From positions 1 through 52,837 of the IMG/VR virus record IMGVR_UViG_3300042879_003023: DNA of 52,837 nt. One strand, 5' to 3'. This stretch comes from a virus. Lineage: Duplodnaviria; Caudoviricetes. A program made the position numbers and the translations under genes. Positions 38,511 to 47,286 of this stretch are shown piece after piece (position 1 is the stretch's first letter; each line of letters starts with the position of its first letter). The notes below the pieces were generated by a model that searched no databases, was not told where the DNA came from, and worked only from the letters and a program-made list of their open reading frames with translations.

Positions 38511-38773
38511 CACACAAGGAATTTTATTTTTGGTTGGAAGGGTATCTATATGGAAAGTTGGAAAACAAACATATAGATATTGCACCAATTATTGAAAAGA
38601 TGAATGAAGTTAAAGATGAACCAAAAATTGGAATTGCCGAACCTTATACCATACCAATACCGGTTAACCCTCTTCCAAGAAGAGACGACCCATATAAACC
38701 ACCATATGAAATATATTGTGGAAAAAATAAACAAGACGATAATTCAGATCGTCCACCAAAAAATATAATATGA
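38504..38773 (+). CDS. Hypothetical protein
   Basis: 89 aa with an EFYFWLEGY N-terminus and a Pro-rich tail. Confidence 0.7.
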   Translation: MLTHKEFYFWLEGYLYGKLENKHIDIAPIIEKMNEVKDEPKIGIAEPYTIPIPVNPLPRRDDPYKPPYEIYCGKNKQDDNSDRPPKNII

Positions 38774-39534
38774 AATTAAAAGAATTTTTAGAAGTCGCCT
38801 TATTAGGTAAAGAGGATAACCCAAATCTAACTAATGGAACATTTGTTGATGAAACTTGTCTTTATGGTAATGAATTGGATAAATATAAAAAAATCATTAA
38901 AGAATGTGATGAATTTACTAAATGTGATTCGTTAGAGATTTTATCTATGCCGTTAGTTAAAGGTAAAAAAGATAAAATTTATACTGCTGAAACTATTAAA
39001 TTATCCGATTTAATGGAATTTAAGGGTAAATGTTATTTATTATCATTGGCCTTAACACCTGAAATGTATGACCCGAATCAATTACTTAAACCTGTTAAAA
39101 ATGGAGCTGCCATGGGGCCAACAATTTATGACCCATCAACATTTGAACCAAGAAAACACATTTTATTAACTTGGTCACCTGAAATGGCTCAAGATTTGTC
39201 AGGAACTAATGATGAAGTAACATTGAAAAATAACATTCACAAGTTATTAGATGACGTATTGGACAATCCTGATGAATACAAAACTAAAGGTACGAGATAT
39301 GTTTTGGTTAGAGGTTTGTTTGAAGTTATTGAAAGAGGTGATGTCACCGAAGTAAAAGAGTATGATATTGATTTAAAAAAGAATGAATCAGATGCTAATG
39401 AAACAAAAGAAAGGTTTGATAATATTTTGAAAAAAAATAAGGAACTTGAAGATAAAATGGCCGCTGAAGAAAACTACCAAAATAAAATAAAAAAACTTAT
39501 TAAACTTAAAAAAGAAAGTAATAATGGTAAATAA
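38770..39534 (+). CDS. Hypothetical protein with capsid-C-terminus-like PxxYDP motifs
   Basis: LTPEMYDP and GPTIYDPSTFEPRK segments. Confidence 0.65.
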   Translation: MKLKEFLEVALLGKEDNPNLTNGTFVDETCLYGNELDKYKKIIKECDEFTKCDSLEILSMPLVKGKKDKIYTAETIKLSDLMEFKGKCYLLSLALTPEMYDPNQLLKPVKNGAAMGPTIYDPSTFEPRKHILLTWSPEMAQDLSGTNDEVTLKNNIHKLLDDVLDNPDEYKTKGTRYVLVRGLFEVIERGDVTEVKEYDIDLKKNESDANETKERFDNILKKNKELEDKMAAEENYQNKIKKLIKLKKESNNGK

Positions 39535-40303
39535 GTTAGTACACTTCTCTGATTTACACATACGTCTTTTTAAGGATCACGATCTTTATAGATCAATACT
39601 TGAGGATGCTTTAAACCAGTGGAGAGAATTGGGTCCTGATAGAATTGTATTTACAGGAGACCTTGTACATTCAAAAAATCAGATGACACCGGAACTTATT
39701 GAAATGGTTAGTTGGTTATTATTAGAATGTTCAAAAATTGCAAAAACTATCATTATTCCTGGAAATCACGATTTTTTAACCAATAATACAGAAAGATTAG
39801 ATGCCTTAACACCTGTTATAAATTCATTAGATAATGAAAATATTGTCTATTATAAAGATAGAGGAGTATATGAAGATCAAAATATTAGTTGGTGTGTTTA
39901 CTCACAGTATCAAGGGAACATTCCGCCAGATCTAAATGATGCTACCGGAATTAAAATTGGATTATTTCATGGACCAATATCGGGATTAAAAACTGATCTT
40001 GGATTTGAATTTGGTGAAGAAGCTTACGAAATTGAAAAGTTTGATGGACTTGATATTGTATTATGTGGGGATATTCATAAAAGATCCGAATTTCAAATAA
40101 AAGGAGGTAAAGGATATATGATCGGATCAACAATTCAAAATAACATTGGTGAAAATATAAGAAATCACGGATTTGGTATCTATGACGTTGAAACCAAAAA
40201 ATACGATTATGTCGATCTATTTAACCCAAAACCTTTTTTAAAGTTCAAACTAAACTCCTTTGAAGATATTGAAAATGGAACTGAACTACTCCAAAATTTT
40301 TAA
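39524..40303 (+). CDS. sbcD: Mre11/SbcD/gp47-like metallophosphoesterase nuclease
   Basis: HFSDLH, TGDLVH, GNHD, LFHG and GDIH motifs. Confidence 0.88.
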   Translation: MVNKLVHFSDLHIRLFKDHDLYRSILEDALNQWRELGPDRIVFTGDLVHSKNQMTPELIEMVSWLLLECSKIAKTIIIPGNHDFLTNNTERLDALTPVINSLDNENIVYYKDRGVYEDQNISWCVYSQYQGNIPPDLNDATGIKIGLFHGPISGLKTDLGFEFGEEAYEIEKFDGLDIVLCGDIHKRSEFQIKGGKGYMIGSTIQNNIGENIRNHGFGIYDVETKKYDYVDLFNPKPFLKFKLNSFEDIENGTELLQNF

Positions 40304-41087
40304 TAGGGAAACCCTTTTATCAATTGAAACATATTGTAAGGTCAACGATATTAAAGATATTGATGATTTTATCTACCGATGTGTTAAACAAGGGTTTGAT
40401 ATCAAAAAGTATGGGTTATTAGGAAATTCACTTAATGATGGTGAAAAACACTTAAAAATAGACGGTATCGAAGAAAAATGGGTGGAAAAGGAGGTAATTG
40501 TTGAAAAACGAGTGGAAATACCAGTTGAAGTAATCAAGGAAATTGAAAAAATTGTTGAAGTACCTGTTGAAGTGATTAAAGAAGTTATTGTCGAAAAGGA
40601 AATAATTAAAGAAGTACCGGTAGAAAAAATAGTAACAAATGAAATTATTAAAGAAGTTCCGGTAGAAAAAGTTGTCACAAAAATTGAATATATTAGTGAC
40701 AAGACAAGTGAAAATGAATTAATATCTAAATTAGACGAAATAACAAAAGATTACGAGCAAAAAATTTTCAATTTAAACGAAGATTTAGAGGAAGAAAGAC
40801 AATTAATTTCCACTAAAACAACAGAAATGGAAAATTTTTTCCAGGATGAAATGTCTAAAAAAGATACTGAATTAGACGAACTTAGACATAATTTAGACAT
40901 TAAGTTAGACGATACGCAAACAAAAATGCTTCAAGACACAATTCAAAATTTAAATGGTGAAATAAGGGAATTAAAAAATAAAATTAAAGATTTAGAAAAA
41001 CAATTGTTAGATCAACCAAAACAACTTGGCAATATTCCCGCCAAGTTCCACGGTAGTTCTAACCTAAACGATGGATTATATAGATAA
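40275..41087 (+). CDS. Coiled-coil protein with (V/I)EK.VEVPVE repeats
   Basis: EKIVEVPVEVIKEVIVEKEIIKEVPVEKIV tract followed by heptad repeats; likely start MELNY at 40275. Confidence 0.7.
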   Translation: MELNYSKIFNRETLLSIETYCKVNDIKDIDDFIYRCVKQGFDIKKYGLLGNSLNDGEKHLKIDGIEEKWVEKEVIVEKRVEIPVEVIKEIEKIVEVPVEVIKEVIVEKEIIKEVPVEKIVTNEIIKEVPVEKVVTKIEYISDKTSENELISKLDEITKDYEQKIFNLNEDLEEERQLISTKTTEMENFFQDEMSKKDTELDELRHNLDIKLDDTQTKMLQDTIQNLNGEIRELKNKIKDLEKQLLDQPKQLGNIPAKFHGSSNLNDGLYR

Positions 41088-41089
41088 CT

Positions 41090-41434
41090 ATGAATTTACT
41101 AATTTGGGCTATTGTTGCCTACGGAATGACAAACATATTGGTTTATGGATCAATATTTAACAACTTAAGAAATAAAATACACAGATGGGGGGAAAACAAA
41201 GGATTACTTAGTGGACTTGGATTGTTTCTGTCAGGACTAATATCTTGTGTATTATGTACATCAACTTGGGTTGGGTTTTTCTTATCACTTGCATATTTTT
41301 CACCAAATAACGAAATTGTTGGACTTAATAAATTTTTAAGCGTATTTTTTGATGGTATGTTGTCTGCAGGATTTGTGTGGGGAATAAATGCAATCATTGA
41401 ATGGTTTGAAGAAAATAGACCAAGTAATAAATAA
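41090..41434 (+). CDS. Small membrane protein with CxxC (DUF1360-like)
   Basis: Three hydrophobic segments and LISCVLCTSTWVG. Confidence 0.65.
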   Translation: MNLLIWAIVAYGMTNILVYGSIFNNLRNKIHRWGENKGLLSGLGLFLSGLISCVLCTSTWVGFFLSLAYFSPNNEIVGLNKFLSVFFDGMLSAGFVWGINAIIEWFEENRPSNK

Positions 41435-41446
41435 AACAAAAATAAG

Positions 41447-41698
41447 ATGGGAAAAGCAAAAAAAGAACACAGAAAAAAGGTAGCAAAAAGAAATGCTAAT
41501 TTGAAACAACAAGAAAAAAGAGTTCAGAAACTATGGCAAGAATCATTTGAAGAACAAATGAATGTTATGCGTGAAAAATTTGCAGCAATGTCAGGTGATA
41601 CGATGTCAGGACTAACAGGATTATTAGAAGATGAAGAAATTACCCAAGAAGAAACATTACAGGAAGGATCCGAATCAACTGAACCTGTTCAAGATTAA
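41447..41698 (+). CDS. Hypothetical protein (basic N-terminus, acidic C-terminus)
   Basis: 83-aa ORF within the operon. Confidence 0.7.
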   Translation: MGKAKKEHRKKVAKRNANLKQQEKRVQKLWQESFEEQMNVMREKFAAMSGDTMSGLTGLLEDEEITQEETLQEGSESTEPVQD

Positions 41699-41717
41699 TA
41701 AACCATTTAATTATACT

Positions 41718-44054
41718 ATGAAGCCAAAAAACGTAGATTTTTCTAAGTTTGAAAACCCAACAATTCAAGTAATGTGGGAAGATTATGCTGAAAATTTCAC
41801 AACCGATAAGATAAAAAGTGTTAAACACTATTTTCAAAAAAAGTATAATACAACAAATGTAAATGTACTTACAAAGGTTAGAAATGTTCAAGAAGAAACA
41901 GAACAAACCGTTGATGTTTCAATGAACATTATGGACACAAACTATCAGGTTGATCTTTTAAAACAATACTTGAAATCTAAAAACTACGAAGATTATACTG
42001 ATAAGATCATTTCACATAATAATGTGATTGAAAATAAAATGAAAGAAACAGAAACAGAAGTTTCAGTTTTTAAAAAATGGTATATCAAAAATATTGAGTT
42101 CTCAAACTTTTTATCCTACGGAGAAAATCAAAGGTTGGATTTTGACAAATGTAGTGGGATTACCGTTATTGAGTCAAATCCACCTAATTTTGGTGGAAAA
42201 ACAGTATTGTCCGTTGACTTACTTTTGTTTTTATTTTTCAACGAAACAACAAAGACCACAAAGGCGGAAGAAATCTTTAATAGGTTTACAGATAAAGATA
42301 ATGTATCGGTAAAAGGTGAAATTGTAATTGATGGGGAAGAATACATCATTGTTAGAAACATTGAACGCAAACTGTCAAAGAAAAATGAATGGAATGTAAA
42401 AACAGAACTTGATTTTTTTAAAAAACTTGCTGATGGATCACTTCAAAACTTTACTGGCGAACAAAGAAGGGAAACTGAAAATTTCATTAAACAATCTATT
42501 GGAACAAAAGATGATTTTTTAATGACAATTCTTACAACCGCAACAAACCTTGAAGAATTAATTGAATCTAAACCAACGGCAAGAGGTCAGGTCCTATCAA
42601 GATTTATGGGATTAGAGTTTTTAAAAAGAAAAGAAGAAATTGCAAAATCAGTTTATTCTGAATTTTCAAAATCTATGATTTCAAACATATATAATACTGA
42701 ACAACTTAAAACCGACAACGAAGATTCTGAATCAAAAATTGATACACATAAAACGAGTATTACAACACTTCAAACAAAACTATCTGAAGTTGAAGATAAT
42801 ATTGTTAAAGGTAAAACGTATCGTGATGATATGTTAAAAAAGAAACATAGTGATATTAATGTTGAACTTAGTAGATTAAACCCAAGTAATGTTAAGTTAG
42901 AAATTGAAGGGTATCAAATTCAAGTTGAAGACAACACAAAAAAGATGAATGAATTAAATGTTGTTGAACCGTCTGAGTTTTATAAAGAAGATGAACACGA
43001 TAAGGTTAAAGACCAATACAACAATTTAAATAAAGAATTGATTCAACTTGAAACAAAGATTGAAGACATTGAAAAATTAAAGAGTTCAGTTGAAGGTGGA
43101 ATTAAATGCGAACATTGTGGGATTGAGTTAATGAATGCGGCAATTACAAACGCCAAAATTGCAAAACTTGATGGTTATATCATGCAAAAAGACCAAATTT
43201 ATGTCACAATGCAGGTTTTAACAGGCATAGAACAAACATTTGTAAGGTTAAAAAAAGAATTTGATGAGTATGAAAAAAATAAACTTATCAGAGAAAAATA
43301 TGATGTTAGTATTGAAAGTTTGAATCTTAAAATATCAAATCTTGAAAATAAATTAACTGAATATGATAAGTTGCAAGATAAGATAAAAGAAAATGAACAT
43401 ATTGATACAATGTTGATTAAGGCTGATTTAAGAATAGAAGAACTTGAAAGACAAAAAACACAAGTTAATAGTGATATTACATCTGCAAATTATCAAATAA
43501 CAACATTACAGGATAAAATAAAAGAAAATCTTAAAACAATTGTAAAAATACAAGAAGAACAAGAAAAAGAAAAAATCCATAAAATATACTTGGAAGCTTA
43601 CGGAAAAAATGGTATTTCTAAAATCATTATGAAAACAATGATGCCATTAATAAACTCCGAACTTCAAAGATTGATGGAAGATTCTTGTTATTTTAAATTA
43701 GAAATAAGAATCAACGATAAAAATGAAGTTGAATTTATTATGGTTGATAATGGGACGGGTATTGAAAAACTAATGACATCAGGATCTGGTTATGAAAGAA
43801 CAATTGCGTCTTTAGCTTTAAGATCTGTACTCAGTAAGATTTGTTCATTACCAAAACCAAATGTGATTGTATTTGATGAGGTGTTTGGTAAAATAAGTAA
43901 TGATAACTTGGAAATGGTATCTGAATTCTTTGTTAAAATTAAAGAATACTTTGAAAAGATCTTTTTGATAACACACAACCCAATGGTTAATCAGTGGGCC
44001 GACACCATAGTTAAGATCAAAAAAGATGATAATATTTCAAAAGTTTATCAGTAA
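41718..44054 (+). CDS. sbcC: Rad50/SbcC/gp46-like ABC ATPase
   Basis: IEFSNFLSYG, NFGGKT, coiled coils with a CEHC zinc hook, SGYE signature, IVFDEVFG and ITHN. The start is uncertain (41631-41718). Confidence 0.9.
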   Translation: MKPKNVDFSKFENPTIQVMWEDYAENFTTDKIKSVKHYFQKKYNTTNVNVLTKVRNVQEETEQTVDVSMNIMDTNYQVDLLKQYLKSKNYEDYTDKIISHNNVIENKMKETETEVSVFKKWYIKNIEFSNFLSYGENQRLDFDKCSGITVIESNPPNFGGKTVLSVDLLLFLFFNETTKTTKAEEIFNRFTDKDNVSVKGEIVIDGEEYIIVRNIERKLSKKNEWNVKTELDFFKKLADGSLQNFTGEQRRETENFIKQSIGTKDDFLMTILTTATNLEELIESKPTARGQVLSRFMGLEFLKRKEEIAKSVYSEFSKSMISNIYNTEQLKTDNEDSESKIDTHKTSITTLQTKLSEVEDNIVKGKTYRDDMLKKKHSDINVELSRLNPSNVKLEIEGYQIQVEDNTKKMNELNVVEPSEFYKEDEHDKVKDQYNNLNKELIQLETKIEDIEKLKSSVEGGIKCEHCGIELMNAAITNAKIAKLDGYIMQKDQIYVTMQVLTGIEQTFVRLKKEFDEYEKNKLIREKYDVSIESLNLKISNLENKLTEYDKLQDKIKENEHIDTMLIKADLRIEELERQKTQVNSDITSANYQITTLQDKIKENLKTIVKIQEEQEKEKIHKIYLEAYGKNGISKIIMKTMMPLINSELQRLMEDSCYFKLEIRINDKNEVEFIMVDNGTGIEKLMTSGSGYERTIASLALRSVLSKICSLPKPNVIVFDEVFGKISNDNLEMVSEFFVKIKEYFEKIFLITHNPMVNQWADTIVKIKKDDNISKVYQ

Positions 44055-44088
44055 TTGATTTTTTAATGATTTTTATTATATTTTAAAT

Positions 44089-44766
44089 ATGTTTTACTAT
44101 TACGGAAGAAAAGAAAAAATATTTAGTTACTACCCAAAACCTAAATATGACACAATTATAGAACCATTTGCTGGGTCTGCAGCATATTCGATGAACTACT
44201 ATGAAAGAAATGTTATATTAATTGAAAAAGATAAAAAAATAGCAGACCTTTGGCAATATCTAATAAATGTTTCTCCCGATGAAATTTTATCATTACCGAT
44301 ATTAAATAAAGGTGAATCGTTAAATGAAGAAAAATATAACTATTTAAATAATAATCAAAAAACCTTAATTGGTTTTTTCTTAAATCCTGGTTCTGCACAA
44401 CCAAAAAAATCACCAGCTAAATTTTGTGCTTGGAATGAAAAAAATAGATTAAAACTTTCTAATGATGTTTTAAAGGTAAAACATTGGCAAATTATTAATG
44501 GTGATTATACTGAAGCTGATAATATTGACGCAACTTGGTTTATTGATCCACCTTACCAAGGAAATGGTGGTAAATACTATAAACACGGAAATAAAGATTT
44601 TGATTACGAATCTTTAAAAGATTGGGCATTACTTAGAAATGGTCAAGTTATTGTTTGTGAAAATTCAGAAGCCAATTGGATGGATTTTAAACCATTAGTT
44701 CAAATCCAAGGACAAAAACACAAAACAACTGAAGTAATTTTTTATCAAGATACCGTAACGGTTTAA
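44089..44766 (+). CDS. DNA adenine methyltransferase (Dam/D12-class, compact)
   Basis: YYGRK, IEPFAGSA (SAM binding) and FIDPPY (catalytic) motifs. Confidence 0.88.
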   Translation: MFYYYGRKEKIFSYYPKPKYDTIIEPFAGSAAYSMNYYERNVILIEKDKKIADLWQYLINVSPDEILSLPILNKGESLNEEKYNYLNNNQKTLIGFFLNPGSAQPKKSPAKFCAWNEKNRLKLSNDVLKVKHWQIINGDYTEADNIDATWFIDPPYQGNGGKYYKHGNKDFDYESLKDWALLRNGQVIVCENSEANWMDFKPLVQIQGQKHKTTEVIFYQDTVTV

Positions 44767-44776
44767 AAAAATTGTT

Positions 44777-44784
44777 TATATTTG
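44777..44784 (+). promoter_or_regulatory. Bacteroidota-type -7 element
   Basis: TATATTTG (TAnnTTTG), 15 nt before the ATG at 44800; no clear -33 TTTG. Confidence 0.5.
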
Positions 44785-44799
44785 TAAAAAAATAACATT

Positions 44800-45651
44800 A
44801 TGCAATTACCATCTGCCTTACAAACTTTAAAAGATACCATACCTTTATTTATTTATGGTACAATTAAAAACAAAAACTTTTTACCAACCAAGGGTGTGAT
44901 TTATAAGATGTTAAAAACTAAACATCAAAATGAAGAACACCTTTTTAATAATAATGATTGGCGTAGTGCTTTTGGTACCGCAAGAAGTCTACTATCACAA
45001 GTTTGTAAAAATAAAGAAAATAGATCATTACCTAATATTTTTTCTTTTAATTATGAAGGTGTTGATTATTTCTACACAAATATAGAAGAATTACATAGAT
45101 TGGCGGTTAAAAATACTTCAGATGAAGTAATAGAAAATGTAGACAAAAAAGAAACGAGAAAACACGTTAATATACAGTATCAATTGTGTAGTATTTTTAC
45201 AAAAATAGGGTGCAAAGTATGGGTACCAAAAAACGATTCTAACGGTGAAAAAAATCGAACAAAATATAATGATAAAACAATAAGTGAATCATTTAATGAA
45301 AATATGGTTAGTTTAAATACTAACGACCCTTTTTATTGGGTAGATTTTATTGTTTATAATAACGATTCGGCAATAATACAATTAGAAGTGGAAGAATCTA
45401 CTGAAGTCTTGAAAGGTTTAGAAAGGATGTACACAGCCAAAAAGGCGTATGGTAAAATAAATTCTATTGTGACATCAACAAAACCTAACTATCTAAAGAA
45501 ATTTGAAGAATACGCTAGTGGCACATATGAAAATTTAGGTGCTACTTTTATGGATCCACAAAAGATTGAAAAGTTATATGAAAAGTCACTTAAAGTTTCT
45601 GAAAATGATGAAAAATTTAAAAAATTAGTTTTTAAAGAATTTGGATTATAA
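44800..45651 (+). CDS. Putative PD-(D/E)xK restriction-endonuclease-like protein
   Basis: HVNIQYQL...GCKVWVPKND...VDFIV...LEVEEST...GLERM pattern; adjacent to the MTase. Confidence 0.6.
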   Translation: MQLPSALQTLKDTIPLFIYGTIKNKNFLPTKGVIYKMLKTKHQNEEHLFNNNDWRSAFGTARSLLSQVCKNKENRSLPNIFSFNYEGVDYFYTNIEELHRLAVKNTSDEVIENVDKKETRKHVNIQYQLCSIFTKIGCKVWVPKNDSNGEKNRTKYNDKTISESFNENMVSLNTNDPFYWVDFIVYNNDSAIIQLEVEESTEVLKGLERMYTAKKAYGKINSIVTSTKPNYLKKFEEYASGTYENLGATFMDPQKIEKLYEKSLKVSENDEKFKKLVFKEFGL

Positions 45652-45680
45652 AAATATTTATATAATATACTGTCAATATG

Positions 45681-45711
45681 TTTGGAATTAGCGAAAAAAT
45701 TTATAATTTTG
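45681..45711 (+). promoter_or_regulatory. Bacteroidota housekeeping promoter (-33/-7)
   Basis: TTTG (45681-45684)-N19-TAATTTTG (45704-45711). Confidence 0.7.
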
Positions 45712-45734
45712 TTTTAACTATAAAAAACAAACTA

Positions 45735-46319
45735 ATGAGAAAACCCACAAAGAAAAAACAAGACCCAGCATATATGTTATTTGTGTTTGGTGATTTCACA
45801 GATCTTGAAATTTTCACACAAGAACTTTCTATGCAATTTCTACCATTAGTTAGTTCACACTACTTGAAATTTACTTATGGTGAATATGGTGCGGTTTTTC
45901 ATTTCAGAAGTAATGAAACATTTTCAGATTTGAAACAATATGTTGAAATGATTTTGGAGGGTATTACAAGTCAGTATTTTTTGATGGAAAAAACAAAGAA
46001 TACTGAAATTGTTATGGATAAAAAATTAAAGAAAGATTTTTTAGGTATAGACGGTAAAAACAAAACAGACGAAAACAAAACAGGCACGATTAATGTAGAT
46101 GATTTTAAAGACGAAAGAATAAAGAATATAAAGAACGTGACACTTGAATTTATGATGCCAATTATGGATCCTGAGTCGTTATTCAATATCGACACAACTT
46201 ATCAAGTGGTAGAACCAACAGTGGATGAAATTTTAGAAAAGATAACAGAGAAAGGAATTGAGTCATTAACAGAAAGAGAAAAACAAATTTTAGACAATTA
46301 TGGAAAGAGAGAGAAGTGA
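45735..46319 (+). CDS. Hypothetical protein with C-terminal DUF6576-like helix pair
   Basis: VDEILEKITEKGIESLTEREKQILD. The start is moved to 45735 because the promoter lies inside the longer ORF. Confidence 0.65.
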   Translation: MRKPTKKKQDPAYMLFVFGDFTDLEIFTQELSMQFLPLVSSHYLKFTYGEYGAVFHFRSNETFSDLKQYVEMILEGITSQYFLMEKTKNTEIVMDKKLKKDFLGIDGKNKTDENKTGTINVDDFKDERIKNIKNVTLEFMMPIMDPESLFNIDTTYQVVEPTVDEILEKITEKGIESLTEREKQILDNYGKREK

Positions 46320-47115
46320 AGATGTTAAATCATCAAACCCGTTAAATCAAGATGAAATACAAATCTATTTAAAGGATATTAGAAAATTGAAAGTTATGAC
46401 ACCTGAAAGAGAAAAGGTGTTGGGACAAAGATACGTTTCTGAGGATTGTACACAAAGAGAAAAAGAGGCAATTCAAAAAGAAATGTTAGAAGGAAATCTA
46501 CGTTTTGTAATTACAGTTGCAAAACAATACCAAAACCAAGGAATCGATCTTGCAGATTTAATTGCCGAAGGTAATTTTGGTCTTATGAAGGCAATTAAGA
46601 ACTTTGATTGGACTAAAAATAATCGTTTTATATCATATGCTGTTTGGTGGATTAAACAATCTATTTTGCAATCTTTGAACGATCATTCAAGAACCATTAG
46701 ATTGCCGGTGAATGTTGTTCAGGATATGCAAAAAGAAAAGAAGGAAAACGAAAAAACAAACAAAGACCTATCTGAAAAATTTGCAACACTCCCAAGAATG
46801 ATTGATCTTGATATGCACATTAATGAAGACGGTGATACACTAATTGATGTGATTAAAAATGAAAACGTTCAAATGCCTGATGAAATGTTTTCAACACAAG
46901 ATATCATTAAAAATAAAATGATTGAAATTATGGGTGTTTTGGATGAAAGAGAAAGGGTTATTGTTGAAGATTACTACGGTATAACAGGAACACCAAGAAC
47001 TTTGGAACATATTGGATCAGATTTTGATCTAACAAAAGAACGTGTTAGACAAATTAAAGAAAAAGCTCTTCGCAAGTTAAGAAACGAATGTTCAGACCTT
47101 TTTGAATACCTATAA
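46300..47115 (+). CDS. Phage sigma70-family RNA polymerase sigma factor
   Basis: YLKDI (region 1.2), NLRFVITVAKQY...DLIAEGNFGL...RFISYAVWWIKQ (region 2), TIRLP, and RTLEHIG...TKERVRQIKEKALRKLR (region 4). Confidence 0.95.
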   Translation: MERERSEDVKSSNPLNQDEIQIYLKDIRKLKVMTPEREKVLGQRYVSEDCTQREKEAIQKEMLEGNLRFVITVAKQYQNQGIDLADLIAEGNFGLMKAIKNFDWTKNNRFISYAVWWIKQSILQSLNDHSRTIRLPVNVVQDMQKEKKENEKTNKDLSEKFATLPRMIDLDMHINEDGDTLIDVIKNENVQMPDEMFSTQDIIKNKMIEIMGVLDERERVIVEDYYGITGTPRTLEHIGSDFDLTKERVRQIKEKALRKLRNECSDLFEYL

Positions 47116-47133
47116 AAAAAAGTTTGTTTTTTA

Positions 47134-47164
47134 TTTGGTAATTAAAAAATAATACATATCTTTG
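47134..47164 (+). promoter_or_regulatory. Bacteroidota housekeeping promoter with no downstream plus-strand ORF
   Basis: TTTG (47134-47137)-N19-TATCTTTG (47157-47164). Confidence 0.7.
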
Positions 47165-47185
47165 TATTGTTGATGTGATAGATAT

Positions 47186-47286
47186 ACGGGTTTAAGTAGA
47201 AGTGACTTGGAACGAAACAATCCCAAGTCGGTGAAAAAATGGAAGACGATTAAGATACAAAAGTTTCACCCTACTTATTCCACCGT
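47186..47286. ncRNA. Candidate structured RNA (three-way junction)
   Basis: Three perfect nested 7-bp stems: TAAGTAG/CTACTTA, GACTTGG/CCAAGTC and GGTGAAA/TTTCACC, plus an outer ACGG/CCGT pairing. Confidence 0.6.

Noticed and set aside
47193-47282. Structured element as a tRNA or hammerhead ribozyme
   Set aside because: It has no TTCRA T-loop or anticodon arm, the CCA is out of register with the stem, and the CTGANGA core is absent.
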